Shown here one piece after another: positions 9,421-20,385 of a DNA stretch of 64,000 nt. The first letter of the stretch is position 1; every line of letters starts with the position of its first letter. Both the position numbers and the translations under genes were made by a program. The notes beneath the pieces were generated by a model. That model was not told the DNA's origin. It made no database searches and worked only from the letters and a program-made list of their open reading frames with translations. The DNA is from a virus. The stretch lies in the IMG/VR virus record IMGVR_UViG_3300024339_000005. The stretch is one strand, 5' to 3'.

Positions 9421-9683
9421 TCTTCTACCTTTTCATACACGATTTCATAACCACCTTTGCGGTCAGAAATCCAATCTTCGTAGTGATCAATTTCTTCAAA
9501 CCAATCAGAATATCGAATGATTTCACCGAGGTCGTCATCACTAAGGGCCTGGAATTCCTCCCAAGTGCCCTCAAAGGTTTCGGAGTATTCGCACCCTTGA
9601 TGTTGATTAAAATTTTCTTCGGTGATTTCGTACTTACGTTCGACGTTGACGGTGTGAATCTCTGTTGCTGTAAAAATCATCAA
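9417..9683 (-). CDS. acidic phage hypothetical protein
   Basis: ORF overlapping neighbours in the same operon. Confidence 0.55.
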   Translation of the reverse strand: MMIFTATEIHTVNVERKYEITEENFNQHQGCEYSETFEGTWEEFQALSDDDLGEIIRYSDWFEEIDHYEDWISDRKGGYEIVYEKVEE

Positions 9684-9900
9684 TCAATTTCCTTGTTCAT
9701 CCATTTTTCTTCGGACACTTTGACACACATCATTTCCCAATTCACGGCTTTGGATTTCATCAGATGGCTTGTGGCGTTGACAGATTTGGCTTGTTGTTCT
9801 TTACATGATTGTTCGGAAATATATCGGCTGTGAATCTCAACGTCCATATTGTAGAAAATGGTTGTGTAAAACAATAATAGTACCCACATTAGTCAATCTC

Positions 9901-10143
9901 CTATATCGGTAGACGTTGTGTCTTCGGTAAATAATTGAGGTCTTCGGCTTCGACCTGGATCAGGGCTTTGATTTTGGTGTTGATAAGTTTAGCCATGGTC
10001 TCGACCTCGGCGCCTTCTTTTGCACAGTAGTCAACGACGGCGTCCATATAGGTACAACCAGTCTTGCTGACCTTCGCTTCAACTATCAACGAGAATTCTT
10101 TGGTTGATAGGATTTTAATTGCCGCTTCTGCTTCAGATTTCAA
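9901..10143 (-). CDS. gp33: late transcription co-activator
   Basis: FS..VE.......YMDAVVDYC....EVET.AKLIN..IK..I..EAE.LNYLPK...LPI. Confidence 0.9.
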   Translation of the reverse strand: MKSEAEAAIKILSTKEFSLIVEAKVSKTGCTYMDAVVDYCAKEGAEVETMAKLINTKIKALIQVEAEDLNYLPKTQRLPI

Positions 10144-10486
10144 TTGCGCCTCCTACGGTTTTGCGGATAATGTCTTCTGACAAAGCCGACGGATAATAAA
10201 GTTCAAATGCTTCAACATGCATTTCATTCGATTTGAATAAATGAAATTCTCCAGGTTTTACAGTCGTGAAATCACCGGGTCCCAGGTTGGTTGTGTCTTC
10301 AAGGTCATAATCGTTTTTGAATACAACAATTTGCAACACGCCTTTGACCACATAGAACGCATTCCACTTTTGGGTATGCTTATGCAGGCTGCATTGCATA
10401 TTCGGTTTGATTGTTATTCGGTGAAACTCAATAAGAGGAGTTTCGATAAGGGGTTCGGTCGTTCCCCATACTTTACCATATTTCAT
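10133..10486 (-). CDS. cupin-domain protein
   Basis: KVWG, CSLHKH..KWNAF, GDFTTVKPGEFHLF. Confidence 0.75.
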   Translation of the reverse strand: MKYGKVWGTTEPLIETPLIEFHRITIKPNMQCSLHKHTQKWNAFYVVKGVLQIVVFKNDYDLEDTTNLGPGDFTTVKPGEFHLFKSNEMHVEAFELYYPSALSEDIIRKTVGGAIEI

Positions 10487-11096
10487 TTACGTTTCCTATT
10501 TTTCACATGTTCTTTGATGAAATCAACCGGTATTTCTGGGTTCAGATAAATCAATTCGTTTTCTGAATATTCTTCTGGTCGTTTGATACCATGTTTGTCG
10601 AACTTGTCAAGAGCCCAATCGGTCAAATCATCTTTGGTTTCAAATTTCATTCTTCTACCTCAAGGTTTGGCCACGACATAAAATACCATCTATGTCCTAG
10701 GGCGTCTTCAACAACTTTTCGTAGATTCGGAATATCATCAAGACCATCCACCTCAAACACAATGCTCTTTGGCGAAATGTTTGGTGCTACCGATGGTGTG
10801 AAAATATCAACTCTCATCGGGATACGCTCGACACCGCTTAATCAGCCACTGCCCAAGTTTATGGGCATCACCTTCTTCCATTGAAATGGTGATATCGGTT
10901 CCAATGTGGCTACCGTTTTCGTAACCCATTCTGATTTGAAGATCAGTCTTGGAATTCAAGTCGTCATGCTCAAACGCATCCATAACAAGGTGCAAATCCA
11001 TTTCGCCAATCTTACAGCCTGCTTCACGGTGTAACATTTTCATAATATTCTCCATCTATAGGTACCATTATACAGCACCTACGTCAATTTGTCAAT

Positions 11097-11759
11097 CTAT
11101 TTCCTGTAAAAAATGTGGTCGCCAATCGTGGCGACCTCTTTGAAAGTCTTGCTCCAATAAGGGCTGACATAATTCGCATGATACCAAAGGGCCCCATGGG
11201 TTATGTCTTGCTCCGCATTAGCAGCCGTCACAACATCTTTAGCCTTTTCCCAGGCTGTCAGATCTCGTGGCTTGTCGCTCTTTCCGTCACAATAAAAGGA
11301 GAAGTGACATTTGTTTCGTATTGGATTACCCTTCCAGGTTTTTGATTGCTTGACCACGCCGCATACGCGACCAGGAAAGCCACTGTCAAGAACCCGATTC
11401 GCAACAACGTGGTAGACGGCTCTTTGCCCAGTATCGCTCTGATTCTTCGCCTCATGGTATACCGCCAATGCGGCGCACTCAAAGGCTTTTGCGGATAAAT
11501 CCAGGCGTTGGATACGCTCAAGAGTTCCCAATTGTGGCGCAAGAGTGGCATATTGTCTTTCCTTTGCGATATCAGGTATCTGGCTCGTTTTAGATTCCGT
11601 TTTATCTGCCGGATATCCGAGTCGAAATTGTCGATCATAACTAACACTCACTTTCACAGGTTCTGGTTTTTCAAATTCGGCTTTTCCAGCCAAGTCACCC
11701 ATTGTACTCGCATACCAACCAACAGCCACAAACGCAGCCGTAAATGTTATGGATTTCAT
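11097..11759 (-). CDS. cell wall hydrolase, SleB/Hydrolase_2 family
   Basis: CAALAVYHEA.NQ...GQ.AV.HV..NRV....FP..VC.VV.Q, C.FSFYCDGKSD, T.GALWYHANYVSPYW, IGDHIFY. Confidence 0.9.
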   Translation of the reverse strand: MKSITFTAAFVAVGWYASTMGDLAGKAEFEKPEPVKVSVSYDRQFRLGYPADKTESKTSQIPDIAKERQYATLAPQLGTLERIQRLDLSAKAFECAALAVYHEAKNQSDTGQRAVYHVVANRVLDSGFPGRVCGVVKQSKTWKGNPIRNKCHFSFYCDGKSDKPRDLTAWEKAKDVVTAANAEQDITHGALWYHANYVSPYWSKTFKEVATIGDHIFYRK

Positions 11760-12607
11760 GGTGTCTTTCTCCTACACGTTGTTGAATGCTTCTAGGACTC
11801 TCTCGTCGCTGATCGGAAAATCTCCGACCAAAGTTCCGCAGTCGAGACAAAATTCAATGTCGATATAATCACCACCGCCGATTTCTTTTAATTCGACAAC
11901 ATAGCCATCATGTTCCAGACTCAGGTTGGGACAGCCAGCGTTGCTCAAGTCATTTGTTTTACCACTGACCCAAAACGACCTCTCGCTCCCGCATGATTTA
12001 CAAACAACTTTTCTTCATCAACCTCTGGCGTTTCAACAACAGCCGTCTGATTCTCTTTGAACGCTTCAAATTCTGGTGTCATTTTCTCTCTCATCAAATG
12101 TTTTCGTTGATAACTTTCTTGTCCCAAGCACGGCGACGAACATTCACCAGCTTTCGGTTGTCTTGGCATCGGGCCATATCTTTGTAGCCTGTGGGGGAAC
12201 CGTTGGTAAGAAAGCCGGACTGACCGTCTTTATATCCAGTATCCCACTTTGTAACAGCCTTGCGATTTGTTCTTGACATTAGTTCAACATCCCCTTGTCT
12301 TTAATATTCTTAGCCTCCGCTTCAGTAAGCACTTGTTCAAGATATTCTGAAATCTTTGTTAAGAATTCCATCCGATCGTCGGGATCTGGCCTCGCAATTT
12401 TCAACAAACGCAATGCTTCAGCCGTTTGTGCGTCTTTTGACATTTTATTTTACCTCGTATGAATCCAGTTCACCGTATTCGCCTGGGTGCAATTCCATTT
12501 CGTCCATGTATTTCAGAGCCTTTTCTTCTGAATCAAAAACACCATCGACCCACGATTCTTCGTATTTCACGCCTCTTTCAACTATCCAAACTTCCATTTT
12601 CTCTCTC

Positions 12608-12847
12608 CTATTCGTAGTGCCATTGTTCGGGGATAACGCCCATCTGGCGTTCTGTAATCACATATTCGTGAAATTCATATTCTGGTTCTTCGGGGTCATT
12701 CAAGTAACCCTCGGCAGAACCATCGTAAGGAACGCCACGAACTTCAAAAACATCAACAGCGGCTTCGGCTTCAACAAGTGAAGCATAAACGGCAATCAAC
12801 ATATCGCCTTCGTACGGTGTGCGACCTAAAACAACATAAACAGACAT
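12608..12847 (-). CDS. early hypothetical protein
   Basis: ATG after GAGAGA RBS, downstream of a promoter repeat. Confidence 0.55.
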   Translation of the reverse strand: MSVYVVLGRTPYEGDMLIAVYASLVEAEAAVDVFEVRGVPYDGSAEGYLNDPEEPEYEFHEYVITERQMGVIPEQWHYE

Positions 12848-12870
12848 TTTTCTCTCGCTTTTCTCTCTAA

Positions 12871-12915
12871 TTGATCTTACTATTTGATCATGCACCATTT
12901 TAGACCAAATGTCAA
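12871..12915 (-). promoter_or_regulatory. conserved early promoter repeat
   Basis: TTGACA-17bp-CATGAT followed by CAAATAGTAAGATCAA. Confidence 0.8.
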
Positions 12916-12954
12916 GTGAAAAGTGCATAAAAAGTCAAAAAAAATGAAATAAAT

Positions 12955-13270
12955 TGGGGGATTCTGTTTCTAGGTTCCCCCGAACCCAATGAGATCACGC
13001 TGCGATAGCGAAAGCCTCAAATGCAAAACGGTTATCGTTTGCGGTTACTTAATTGAGCCAGAACGCCTGCTCATACGACTATCTCCACTCACCTATTCAG
13101 CATCGGTCGATCCTAATTTCACCCCCAGCAAAAAAACACTGTCAACCACCTAGGTGATTTCGTTGGCTATGCCCAGAACTTTCATTCCTATTTAAACAAT
13201 GTTCTTATGGTGGAGGTGCGGGGTACCGCCCCCCGGTATCCGATATACTTTTCAATTCGCTTCATCAATA
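12955..13270 (-). ncRNA. ssrA: circularly permuted two-piece tmRNA (alphaproteobacterial type)
   Basis: acceptor piece ends CACCTCCACCA (13208); coding piece starts GGGGGTGAAATTAGGATCGAC (13126); G3:U70; tag ORF 13042-12995 = ANDNRFAFEAFAIAA*; late promoter at 13278-13285. Confidence 0.93.
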
Positions 13271-13476
13271 GCAACTTTATTTATACATACTCGGTGATAT
13301 GGGGTCAAGACATAAACAATCATTCCACCCATAATAAATCCGGCTATGAAGCCGATGTTATATGTCTTTCCATCAGGGCACATATATCTTGACGTTTTCG
13401 ACAATCATAATGCCTGCGTCAGCCCAGCCAGCCGCCATCAAAGCGACCATGAAAACAGCGCCACCCAGTAAATAAT

Positions 13477-13722
13477 TCATACTGTCTCTCCTTCATTGAC
13501 CCAAACACCGATGTTTCCACCGTTAACGCCCTTAGACGCTTTGATTTCATGGACGCCCCATGTACCATCTTCCCAGCGGATATTCGCTTCAGTGACTTTG
13601 CCACGACGAACACCACCATATGTGGTCCAAACGTCGGTGACTTCACCGTAACTCATAGGATGCATTGCACCCCAATTGCCAACGACTTTGGTACCGGGCT
13701 TAAATTCTGTATCGTAATTCAT
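13477..13722 (-). CDS. early hypothetical protein
   Basis: ATG after GAGAGA RBS and promoter repeat. Confidence 0.55.
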   Translation of the reverse strand: MNYDTEFKPGTKVVGNWGAMHPMSYGEVTDVWTTYGGVRRGKVTEANIRWEDGTWGVHEIKASKGVNGGNIGVWVNEGETV

Positions 13723-13742
13723 AATTTTCTCTCTCTTGGTTT

Positions 13743-13787
13743 CTGATCTTACTATCTGATCATGCACTATTTTTGACCAAATGTCAA
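13743..13787 (-). promoter_or_regulatory. conserved early promoter repeat
   Basis: same 45-bp element. Confidence 0.8.
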
Positions 13788-13824
13788 CCCCTAAATGACA
13801 TTTTTATGCATTATATATACGATT

Positions 13825-14073
13825 ATGGATAAAATATATCATTTAATAGCAGGCATCGCCCTAGCATTAGTAACGCTAATTGCAACCGGAAGTGTATTCG
13901 CAGCCATGATTGCGACCACAGTGGTTGGACTTGGTAAGGAAATTTACGACTATCAGCATCAGGATAAACACACCCCAGAGGTAGCCGATTTCTTGGCTAC
14001 CGTGGTTGGTGGATTGTTAGTCTGTTTGGTCTACTTGCTTTCTTGGCAATGGTTGTTCGGGCTGTTTCAATAG
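13825..14073 (+). CDS. small membrane protein (VanZ/YfiM-like)
   Basis: DK..H...G, GLGKEIYD, D.LAT..GG with hydrophobic helices. Confidence 0.55.
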   Translation: MDKIYHLIAGIALALVTLIATGSVFAAMIATTVVGLGKEIYDYQHQDKHTPEVADFLATVVGGLLVCLVYLLSWQWLFGLFQ

Positions 14074-14484
14074 TTCCATAAAAACCTTGCGTTGATTGCC
14101 TTTGCCACGCTTCAATTTAATATCGGTCTTTATCCCTTTGGCTTTCGCTCGTTTTGCTTCATCCAGTTTCTTGTGCATTTCTTTGGTGTAAGGCAACTCT
14201 AGGTTCTTGGGTTTGAGGGCAACAGCATCATTCGGTAGAACCCATAGGAAAATCGCTGTAGGCTCGTCAACCAAACTATCGACCAATCGGTATTCCCCGA
14301 GGTATTCGCTGGTTGTAGGATCTCCCAATAAATCCTGATAGACAGCATACCCATTGACGGCGAGAGCCATTGTGATTGGTATCATCAATACCATGCGCCA
14401 GGTATTCCCTCTCATCAAGATAATGAGCCAGAACGTCACCGCAATATACATGAATAGGGCTAGAAATAAAAGGAACGCGCTCAT
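14017..14484 (-). CDS. membrane-anchored protein, third gene of MotA/ExbD-like cassette
   Basis: two N-terminal TM helices; start overlaps the upstream stop. Confidence 0.55.
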   Translation of the reverse strand: MSAFLLFLALFMYIAVTFWLIILMRGNTWRMVLMIPITMALAVNGYAVYQDLLGDPTTSEYLGEYRLVDSLVDEPTAIFLWVLPNDAVALKPKNLELPYTKEMHKKLDEAKRAKAKGIKTDIKLKRGKGNQRKVFMELLKQPEQPLPRKQVDQTD

Positions 14485-15134
14485 CGGCCAACTCCATTAG
14501 GTCTATATCCAACTTCGCCTGGGTGCATAGAGGCTTGCAACATCTTGTTGATAAAAAATGCGCTCCTCGGTCCTACATCACGGGCTTTGCCATTTGGCTT
14601 CAATGTGAATCTGAACATGTGTAATTCCTCACGGTTCCTCTGTAATATGAAGCCCGCGATTCTGTGGACTTTGTATGGGTTTATCTGGATAAGTTCCACA
14701 GTACCAGTCACTGGTTCAGGGCCGCGTTTGGTATACATATGGACGTTGACCACATATTCGCCAGCCGTTGGCACCCTCACAGTAATGACCTCACGATTGA
14801 TTCGGGCTATCACTTCGTTGCCTGCACCGTCCACCGATTTATCGTTATGAACGCCGAGGTCGTCGCGCTCAAGGTATAGAGAACCGTTTTGGGTGTTTTT
14901 GAATCCGACAGGTTGCCCCGCTGGTGTCTGCACCCACATATCAACGTCATCAGCCACATTGGCATCCCAGTCAAGGACAATGATGTAATCGGCCTTCTTC
15001 TTAACGTCTTGCTTCTTCGTGGGTGGATTGATAAGGATCGCAGTCAGAATAAACAGAGACACAAAGGTCAGAGCCGTCAGAAATAGAACGTCTATGAATG
15101 CGGTCTTGGTGACCGTCTTAACCGAAATATTCAT
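14481..15134 (-). CDS. ExbD/TolR/MotB-like single-TM protein with periplasmic beta (YfaP-like) domain
   Basis: TM with conserved Asp (AFIDVLFL...F..LF), then W....DD.DMWV.TP.G, LERDDLG, NREV. Confidence 0.6.
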   Translation of the reverse strand: MNISVKTVTKTAFIDVLFLTALTFVSLFILTAILINPPTKKQDVKKKADYIIVLDWDANVADDVDMWVQTPAGQPVGFKNTQNGSLYLERDDLGVHNDKSVDGAGNEVIARINREVITVRVPTAGEYVVNVHMYTKRGPEPVTGTVELIQINPYKVHRIAGFILQRNREELHMFRFTLKPNGKARDVGPRSAFFINKMLQASMHPGEVGYRPNGVGR

Positions 15135-15606
15135 CGCTTGTTTCACCGTAGGCACCAATCGCCATTTCCATGTTCATTATCTGTAGGCTGACCAACACAC
15201 CACAGACATAGCCCATAAGGGTTGTGTATAGCGCAGTACCCAATCCAGCAGCCACCGATACCAGAGCTTCCTTAACGCTAGACGTATCAGAAACATCAAG
15301 CAACCCAAACGTCCCGCTGGTCGCAATAATAAAGCCGATGATAGTGCCGACGAGCCCTGCGGTCACCATGAACTCTGGAATGTACCAGAGATATTTGCTA
15401 TCTGACCAAACATCATTGAAGGCTACTCGGTACGTCTTCAATCCTAGGACCAAGGACGATAGAACAAAGACGCCGAAAATGCCTGTACTTATGAACGTCT
15501 GGTCATTGTCAATGAATAGGTGGTGAATGTCAAACATTGTCATTACAGCGACCAAAGAAATCATCACAGCCGCAAACAAGTACCATCGCATAAAGAATTT
15601 TTTCAT
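15118..15606 (-). CDS. MotA/TolQ/ExbB proton-channel family protein
   Basis: GLVGTIIGFI and GLGTALYTTLMG signature helices. Confidence 0.8.
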   Translation of the reverse strand: MKKFFMRWYLFAAVMISLVAVMTMFDIHHLFIDNDQTFISTGIFGVFVLSSLVLGLKTYRVAFNDVWSDSKYLWYIPEFMVTAGLVGTIIGFIIATSGTFGLLDVSDTSSVKEALVSVAAGLGTALYTTLMGYVCGVLVSLQIMNMEMAIGAYGETSDEYFG

Positions 15607-16052
15607 CAGCCTTCTGCCCTTTGATCGGGTTTTTTCATTTTCAAATCAATATGCAATTGTTTGCCGATAAAAATATAGCAGGACATTTTATTGGTGTAGT
15701 GTTCGACAACGGTAAAATTTCTTGTCTTTGGATCAACATAAGTCACAATGACCACTTTGTCGTTATTCGCAACACCTATCTCAATAGAAATTTGTTTTGA
15801 GTGTTCGATGTTTGCCATAACATACTTGGTTTCATTGCAAATTACTGGCTTCGCCCGTTGGAATGCCTGACCAGTTTTTCGTGGTACAGGCTTTGGTCGT
15901 GGCTTTGCTTTCGCAACAACAGGAGGTTTCACGACCGCCTTCGCGACTTTCACCGCAGGTTTCACTACCTCACCGACGTGTTTTATCTCGACAGAGATAC
16001 AGCCACTAAGCAGCAAACCGGCTAATGTAATTAGGATTAAGGGTCTTTTCAT
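15606..16052 (-). CDS. lipoprotein
   Basis: lipobox LLSGC; Pro/Lys-rich linker. Confidence 0.6.
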   Translation of the reverse strand: MKRPLILITLAGLLLSGCISVEIKHVGEVVKPAVKVAKAVVKPPVVAKAKPRPKPVPRKTGQAFQRAKPVICNETKYVMANIEHSKQISIEIGVANNDKVVIVTYVDPKTRNFTVVEHYTNKMSCYIFIGKQLHIDLKMKKPDQRAEG

Positions 16053-16710
16053 ACTCTTTCCTCAATTCGATATAATCCCCGATGTGGTCGTCGCGTTTCT
16101 CATGGTAGACCACACCTTCAGGTCTGTTTTCGACAGCCATAATAATGATTATATCATTGATAGGGGTGCCCGTAAGTTCCTCATACATCACGGCATAGAC
16201 CGCGCATTGCATGAAATAAGACTTGATGAATTCTTTCTTGCGGAATTTCCGCGAGTTTTTGAAATCAACAATAGCCAACTTTCCCTTATATTTAGCGATC
16301 ATATCACAGCGACCACCAGTTTCAAGGTAGTCAGAATACATCGCAACTTCTTGGTGTGCAATATCGGTGATAGTGCCGTCAAGGATAGGTTTGATAGACG
16401 AGAACATGGAGTCCACGCCAGGCATAATATTGGCGTCGTAGTTTTCATTGCCCAACAGATACTTTTCGATCATATCATGCAAGGCTGAACCACGCAAACG
16501 TCCAACTCGACTCACTCTGTCGGCTTCTTCATCACCAACGGCTTCACGCCATTTAGCCAGACCCTCGTTCTTTTCGTCATCCGACGCAAGGACGGTGGTA
16601 ACCGAAGGATAGTGGCGACCTTCGGGAGTTAGATAAAAGCGACGACCGCCCTTATAAATCTCCTTCATATCACCTATGAAATCAAATGTCTGTTTTGTTG
16701 CCAACATCAA
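16006..16710 (-). CDS. PD-(D/E)XK exonuclease (Cas4/RecB-like, conserved in T4-like phages)
   Basis: R.Y.TPEG..YPSVTTVL, RG...H, GR.D, IVDFKNS, YFMQ...YA.M.EE. Confidence 0.85.
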   Translation of the reverse strand: MMLATKQTFDFIGDMKEIYKGGRRFYLTPEGRHYPSVTTVLASDDEKNEGLAKWREAVGDEEADRVSRVGRLRGSALHDMIEKYLLGNENYDANIMPGVDSMFSSIKPILDGTITDIAHQEVAMYSDYLETGGRCDMIAKYKGKLAIVDFKNSRKFRKKEFIKSYFMQCAVYAVMYEELTGTPINDIIIIMAVENRPEGVVYHEKRDDHIGDYIELRKEYEKTLNPNYISRFAA

Positions 16711-16939
16711 TGGTACTCTTAGGGTGGTGTTCTTTCACCCGCTGTAAGGTTTCACGGAATTCGGGAGTATGCTTCAAACCTGAAACGCTCCTCATGTTGT
16801 CACCCAAAAATAATGGTGCTTGGGCGATAAAGGTTTCCCAGTTTGGGTGGGCTGATAGATGGGATTGTAGTTCGTCCCAGGTACAATACTCCTCCCATTC
16901 CTTTTTGGTCTTCTTATTTCTTATTGAATAAATCGGCAA
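16682..16939 (-). CDS. FmdB-like small protein
   Basis: MPIY...NKKT...WE and F.E.L.RVK..HP.ST, typical of T4-like marine phages. Confidence 0.55.
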   Translation of the reverse strand: MPIYSIRNKKTKKEWEEYCTWDELQSHLSAHPNWETFIAQAPLFLGDNMRSVSGLKHTPEFRETLQRVKEHHPKSTIDVGNKTDI

Positions 16940-17128
16940 TGTATTGTCCTAATTCTGTAAGTTGTTTCACGGTGATATCAGCCCATTGAAAGACTGTATC
17001 AAAAAGTTCGGGTGGTGTAATACCCAATAAACAAATAGTGACTAGGCCTGATAATACAAAATTACCAAGCCCAGCCTTCCATATCACAAAGGCAGCCAGA
17101 CCTAAAACGATAAAAATTTCAGGTGTCA

Positions 17129-17776
17129 TTACTCGGTCGTCACTTTAGGAACGGGCAAGGCAGGCATAGTTGCGACGGGCACATTGGTTTCTTTTTCCAG
17201 TTCCTTATGGGCTGCAGCCGCACGACCCAGGCTTTCGGTATTCAAAACCTTAACCAGTTGGGCTAACGCGATCTCGTTGGTTCCGTTGATAGGAAACTCC
17301 AACAGCGCATAGGTACGATAGAGGTTGCCATGAGGAACCACTTTGGTTTCGTTTACATGATAACCACTGGCTTGGGCGTTGGCAATCAAGTTGGCTGTGA
17401 CACGCTCGACCTCAGATACGATATGTCCAGAAGCAGCCTGTCCAACCCTGGAAGTATATTCCTTGAGTTTAGAACTCATTTGACCACGGATACGATCCGC
17501 CAAGACTCGTTTAGCCGCTAGAACGGCCAAGTCAACCGACAACTGAAGGTCTTGAGAGGTAGCCGTGCCCGCAGAGAACACCGAGTCCTCTTTCGCAGGT
17601 GTGTCCAAAAACCAATCGGGAATAGAACTAACCGTTTCTTCTGTCACGGTTGACTTTTTCTCGAGGTAGGCTTTGGAGTGGGTAGTTTCTGCCTGAGGGT
17701 CAATATCAATGGTTTGTGAACAAGCACCCAAAAGGGCCAACATGCTAACGGTAGCGAGTAACTTTTTCATAATCAA
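17129..17776 (-). CDS. LPP20-like lipoprotein
   Basis: lipobox LGAC, IPDWF, G.A.S.DLQ...D.A.L.AK..LAD. Confidence 0.65.
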   Translation of the reverse strand: MIMKKLLATVSMLALLGACSQTIDIDPQAETTHSKAYLEKKSTVTEETVSSIPDWFLDTPAKEDSVFSAGTATSQDLQLSVDLAVLAAKRVLADRIRGQMSSKLKEYTSRVGQAASGHIVSEVERVTANLIANAQASGYHVNETKVVPHGNLYRTYALLEFPINGTNEIALAQLVKVLNTESLGRAAAAHKELEKETNVPVATMPALPVPKVTTE

Positions 17777-18207
17777 TTTCCAATAAATTTGGGTTTAACC
17801 CAGGGCAATCCAAATCGAGCCGTATCAATGATCCGATTGTTTCCCTGCATTTTCATACCCGTTTTACAGACCTCTTTTTTCACCATACTTAACGTGTGCG
17901 AAGTCTGTTCAAGGATTTTCGTCTTGGCTTCAATAAGAGCCTGTTCACACGCCCATTTCTCTGTCTCGCTGGGTCTAAAGAAAAATGATGAAGTACCCGA
18001 TACCTCGGATGTACCAACCAACCCAACAACCTGTACGACGCATTTGCGCCCAGTCAAAAAAGGCACCGTCGTTGACGATACGCTTTTGATATAATCCAGC
18101 CTACCATGATAGACCTCTTTTGTCTGTCTATCAATATAGCATGGAGTCGTGGCGCTTGCGGCTGTTGAAAGCAGCATAAGAGCGCCGACGGTCAATGATG
18201 TTTTCAC
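17773..18207 (-). CDS. secreted hypothetical protein
   Basis: signal peptide ending ASA; four Cys. Confidence 0.5.
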   Translation of the reverse strand: MKTSLTVGALMLLSTAASATTPCYIDRQTKEVYHGRLDYIKSVSSTTVPFLTGRKCVVQVVGLVGTSEVSGTSSFFFRPSETEKWACEQALIEAKTKILEQTSHTLSMVKKEVCKTGMKMQGNNRIIDTARFGLPWVKPKFIGN

Positions 18208-18777
18208 TGGTCTTCCATCGCTTTGATGAATGCGCTAATCATCCCAAACATTTTGGCAGTCTCGGCTTTCGCCACAGCGGGGTCTTTGACTTTCATAGGG
18301 ACACAGACAACATCAACGTCGGTAGACATTTGGTTGATAACTTTGATAGACTCAGTCCGGCAGGTTTTCCAGTCGTCATAAGGAACCCTGGTCAATTCAT
18401 TTCCAGATACAAGGCTGGTCACGATCAGTACAATTTTCAACATCACAAAGGGTTATCCTTTTTCACCTCAAAATATTGTGGAACCGCTTGTAATGCGGCC
18501 AGCAACTGGCGATTTTGTAAAGACATATCTTCAACAACACGCCGGAGTTTATTGTTTGCCTTGTGGCGTAATTCTTCAACAATATCCATAATCACATTCC
18601 GTAAGTCAGAGTTTCAAAAACTTCGTCGTAGGCTTCTTCGGCCTCAACATCCTCACAACCGGTAATTTCTATGGCATGAATAACAGCTTGGTTATGGTTC
18701 ATATCCATTTCGACCAGGGCTTCTAAAATTGCATTCCGAATTTCACACATGATTTTCTCCTCAAAAGGTAAACAATC

Positions 18778-18815
18778 ACTATCTAGATCATGCACCATTT
18801 CGGGGTAAATGTCAA
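18778..18815 (-). promoter_or_regulatory. early promoter repeat (divergent copy)
   Basis: TTGACA-17-CATGAT. Confidence 0.7.
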
Positions 18816-20385
18816 CCCCTTTTATCAAAAAACTTCACCTTTTTACCAATTTTCTTCAATCATTCCCGCCGTGCACCAGTATTCAATGCGTTCATATGCG
18901 TCCTGTTTCGACTTGGCCCGGACCTCTCTTACGATTTTTCCGTCCTCATCTATGCATATTGCGTAATAACTTTCACCGATAAAACCCAATTGTCCTGTAC
19001 GTTCACCCATTTTCATTTTCCTTTTCTGGTACCCAATCGTACCGTTTTACATCAATCACACGTTGACCATCTTTTACCAACACAATTTTGCCGGAGTCTT
19101 CCAGTTTGTGCAACATCATATCAATAATTTCACCCACCACCATAAGGGGTGGTACGACTTCTCTGACAGCCCTCATGGTATCGGCTAATCCCGCTTTATA
19201 CGAAACAAACGCGCAAACACCAAGAGAGGCTAAAAGTACCCAATCGGGCACCATAATTCCGAACATATTTCAGTTCCTTTCAGGGTTATTTAGTGTGAAC
19301 TAAATCCACTCGCTTTCCTTGATGATATAGTTTTCCTCGTTTACACCAGCCAGCTCTCGGTCAGCCGTCAGCGTGACAAACGAATCGAACAACAGGTTGA
19401 AATGATACAAGAGGTTGTTGTAGTCGCCAGTCTTCATTCGATTTATGATCTCGGTGACTTCTTCTTCGGTGTCTACCGAATCTCGTAGCCAATTCTGGGC
19501 AATCCCAAGCAAGACAAAAGCATTGCCTTTGGGACCACCGATATCAAGATATTTCATTATCGAATTCCTTCTTGCCTTGAGAGGTCCAAACCTTGGGCCA
19601 ACATCAGTTTCAATTCAACCTGCTCGTCGGGAATATTCACTGTGGCTTCGCCACTTAGACCAACCCGAACAATAATTCTCGCCACTTCAACATGGTCTGT
19701 CGGCCAGAAATCTTCGCCGTCTTTGGTGACCATAACCAACACGCCTTTGGGCGTGGCTCCAATATGCGTTATCATAGAGTTTTTCCTACTCGTAAGAGTT
19801 TGCCGATTTTTTCATCTTCGTATTTGCCACGCAGGCACCAGTTACGGAATGCAGAGCATTCGTTACCATCGGCTTCGCAGACAGCCTCCAGGTCACAGCC
19901 CTCGCAGGGCAAGTCCATTTTGCTGGTTAGATCGGGCAATTCATACTGACTCGCAGTAGATTTGCCCCATGCGGCTTCGCTTTCCCACCCGCTTGAAAGT
20001 GTTTCAATCATTATACATTTCCTCCAGGTTTTCACAGGTGCCACAACGGTTGCCGTTGATATCATAAAGATAATCAGCGGGGATTCCGACTTCAACACTA
20101 TCGGCGAGATCGCGCAAGATACGGGCGACTTGTTTTTCGCCGTATCCTGCAAACGCATCATTATCGGTATTCAAGGTGATGGTAATCATTTACTGAACCT
20201 CCACTTCCACAATTTCTATATCAAGGGCTGATTCGAGCCATGATTCATAGGCATGAACAAAACTTTCATCGTCCGAGTCGAGCATGTAATTATTGCGTTC
20301 GACAAGTGCATCCCTGGCTTTATCTAATGAATCGAAAAAACCATCCAAATCGCCACAGCCCTCATGTAAATACCAAATTTTCATT

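Noticed and set aside
12848-12928. Shared N-terminal peptide M(V)HDQIVRS in several ORF calls (12608, 13477, 20694, 49425, 52610)
   Set aside because: Artefact of translating the promoter repeat; the real starts follow the downstream GAGAGA RBS.
16006-16710. Cas4-like nuclease as evidence of a CRISPR system
   Set aside because: Stand-alone PD-(D/E)XK exonuclease common in T4-like phages; no array or other cas genes.
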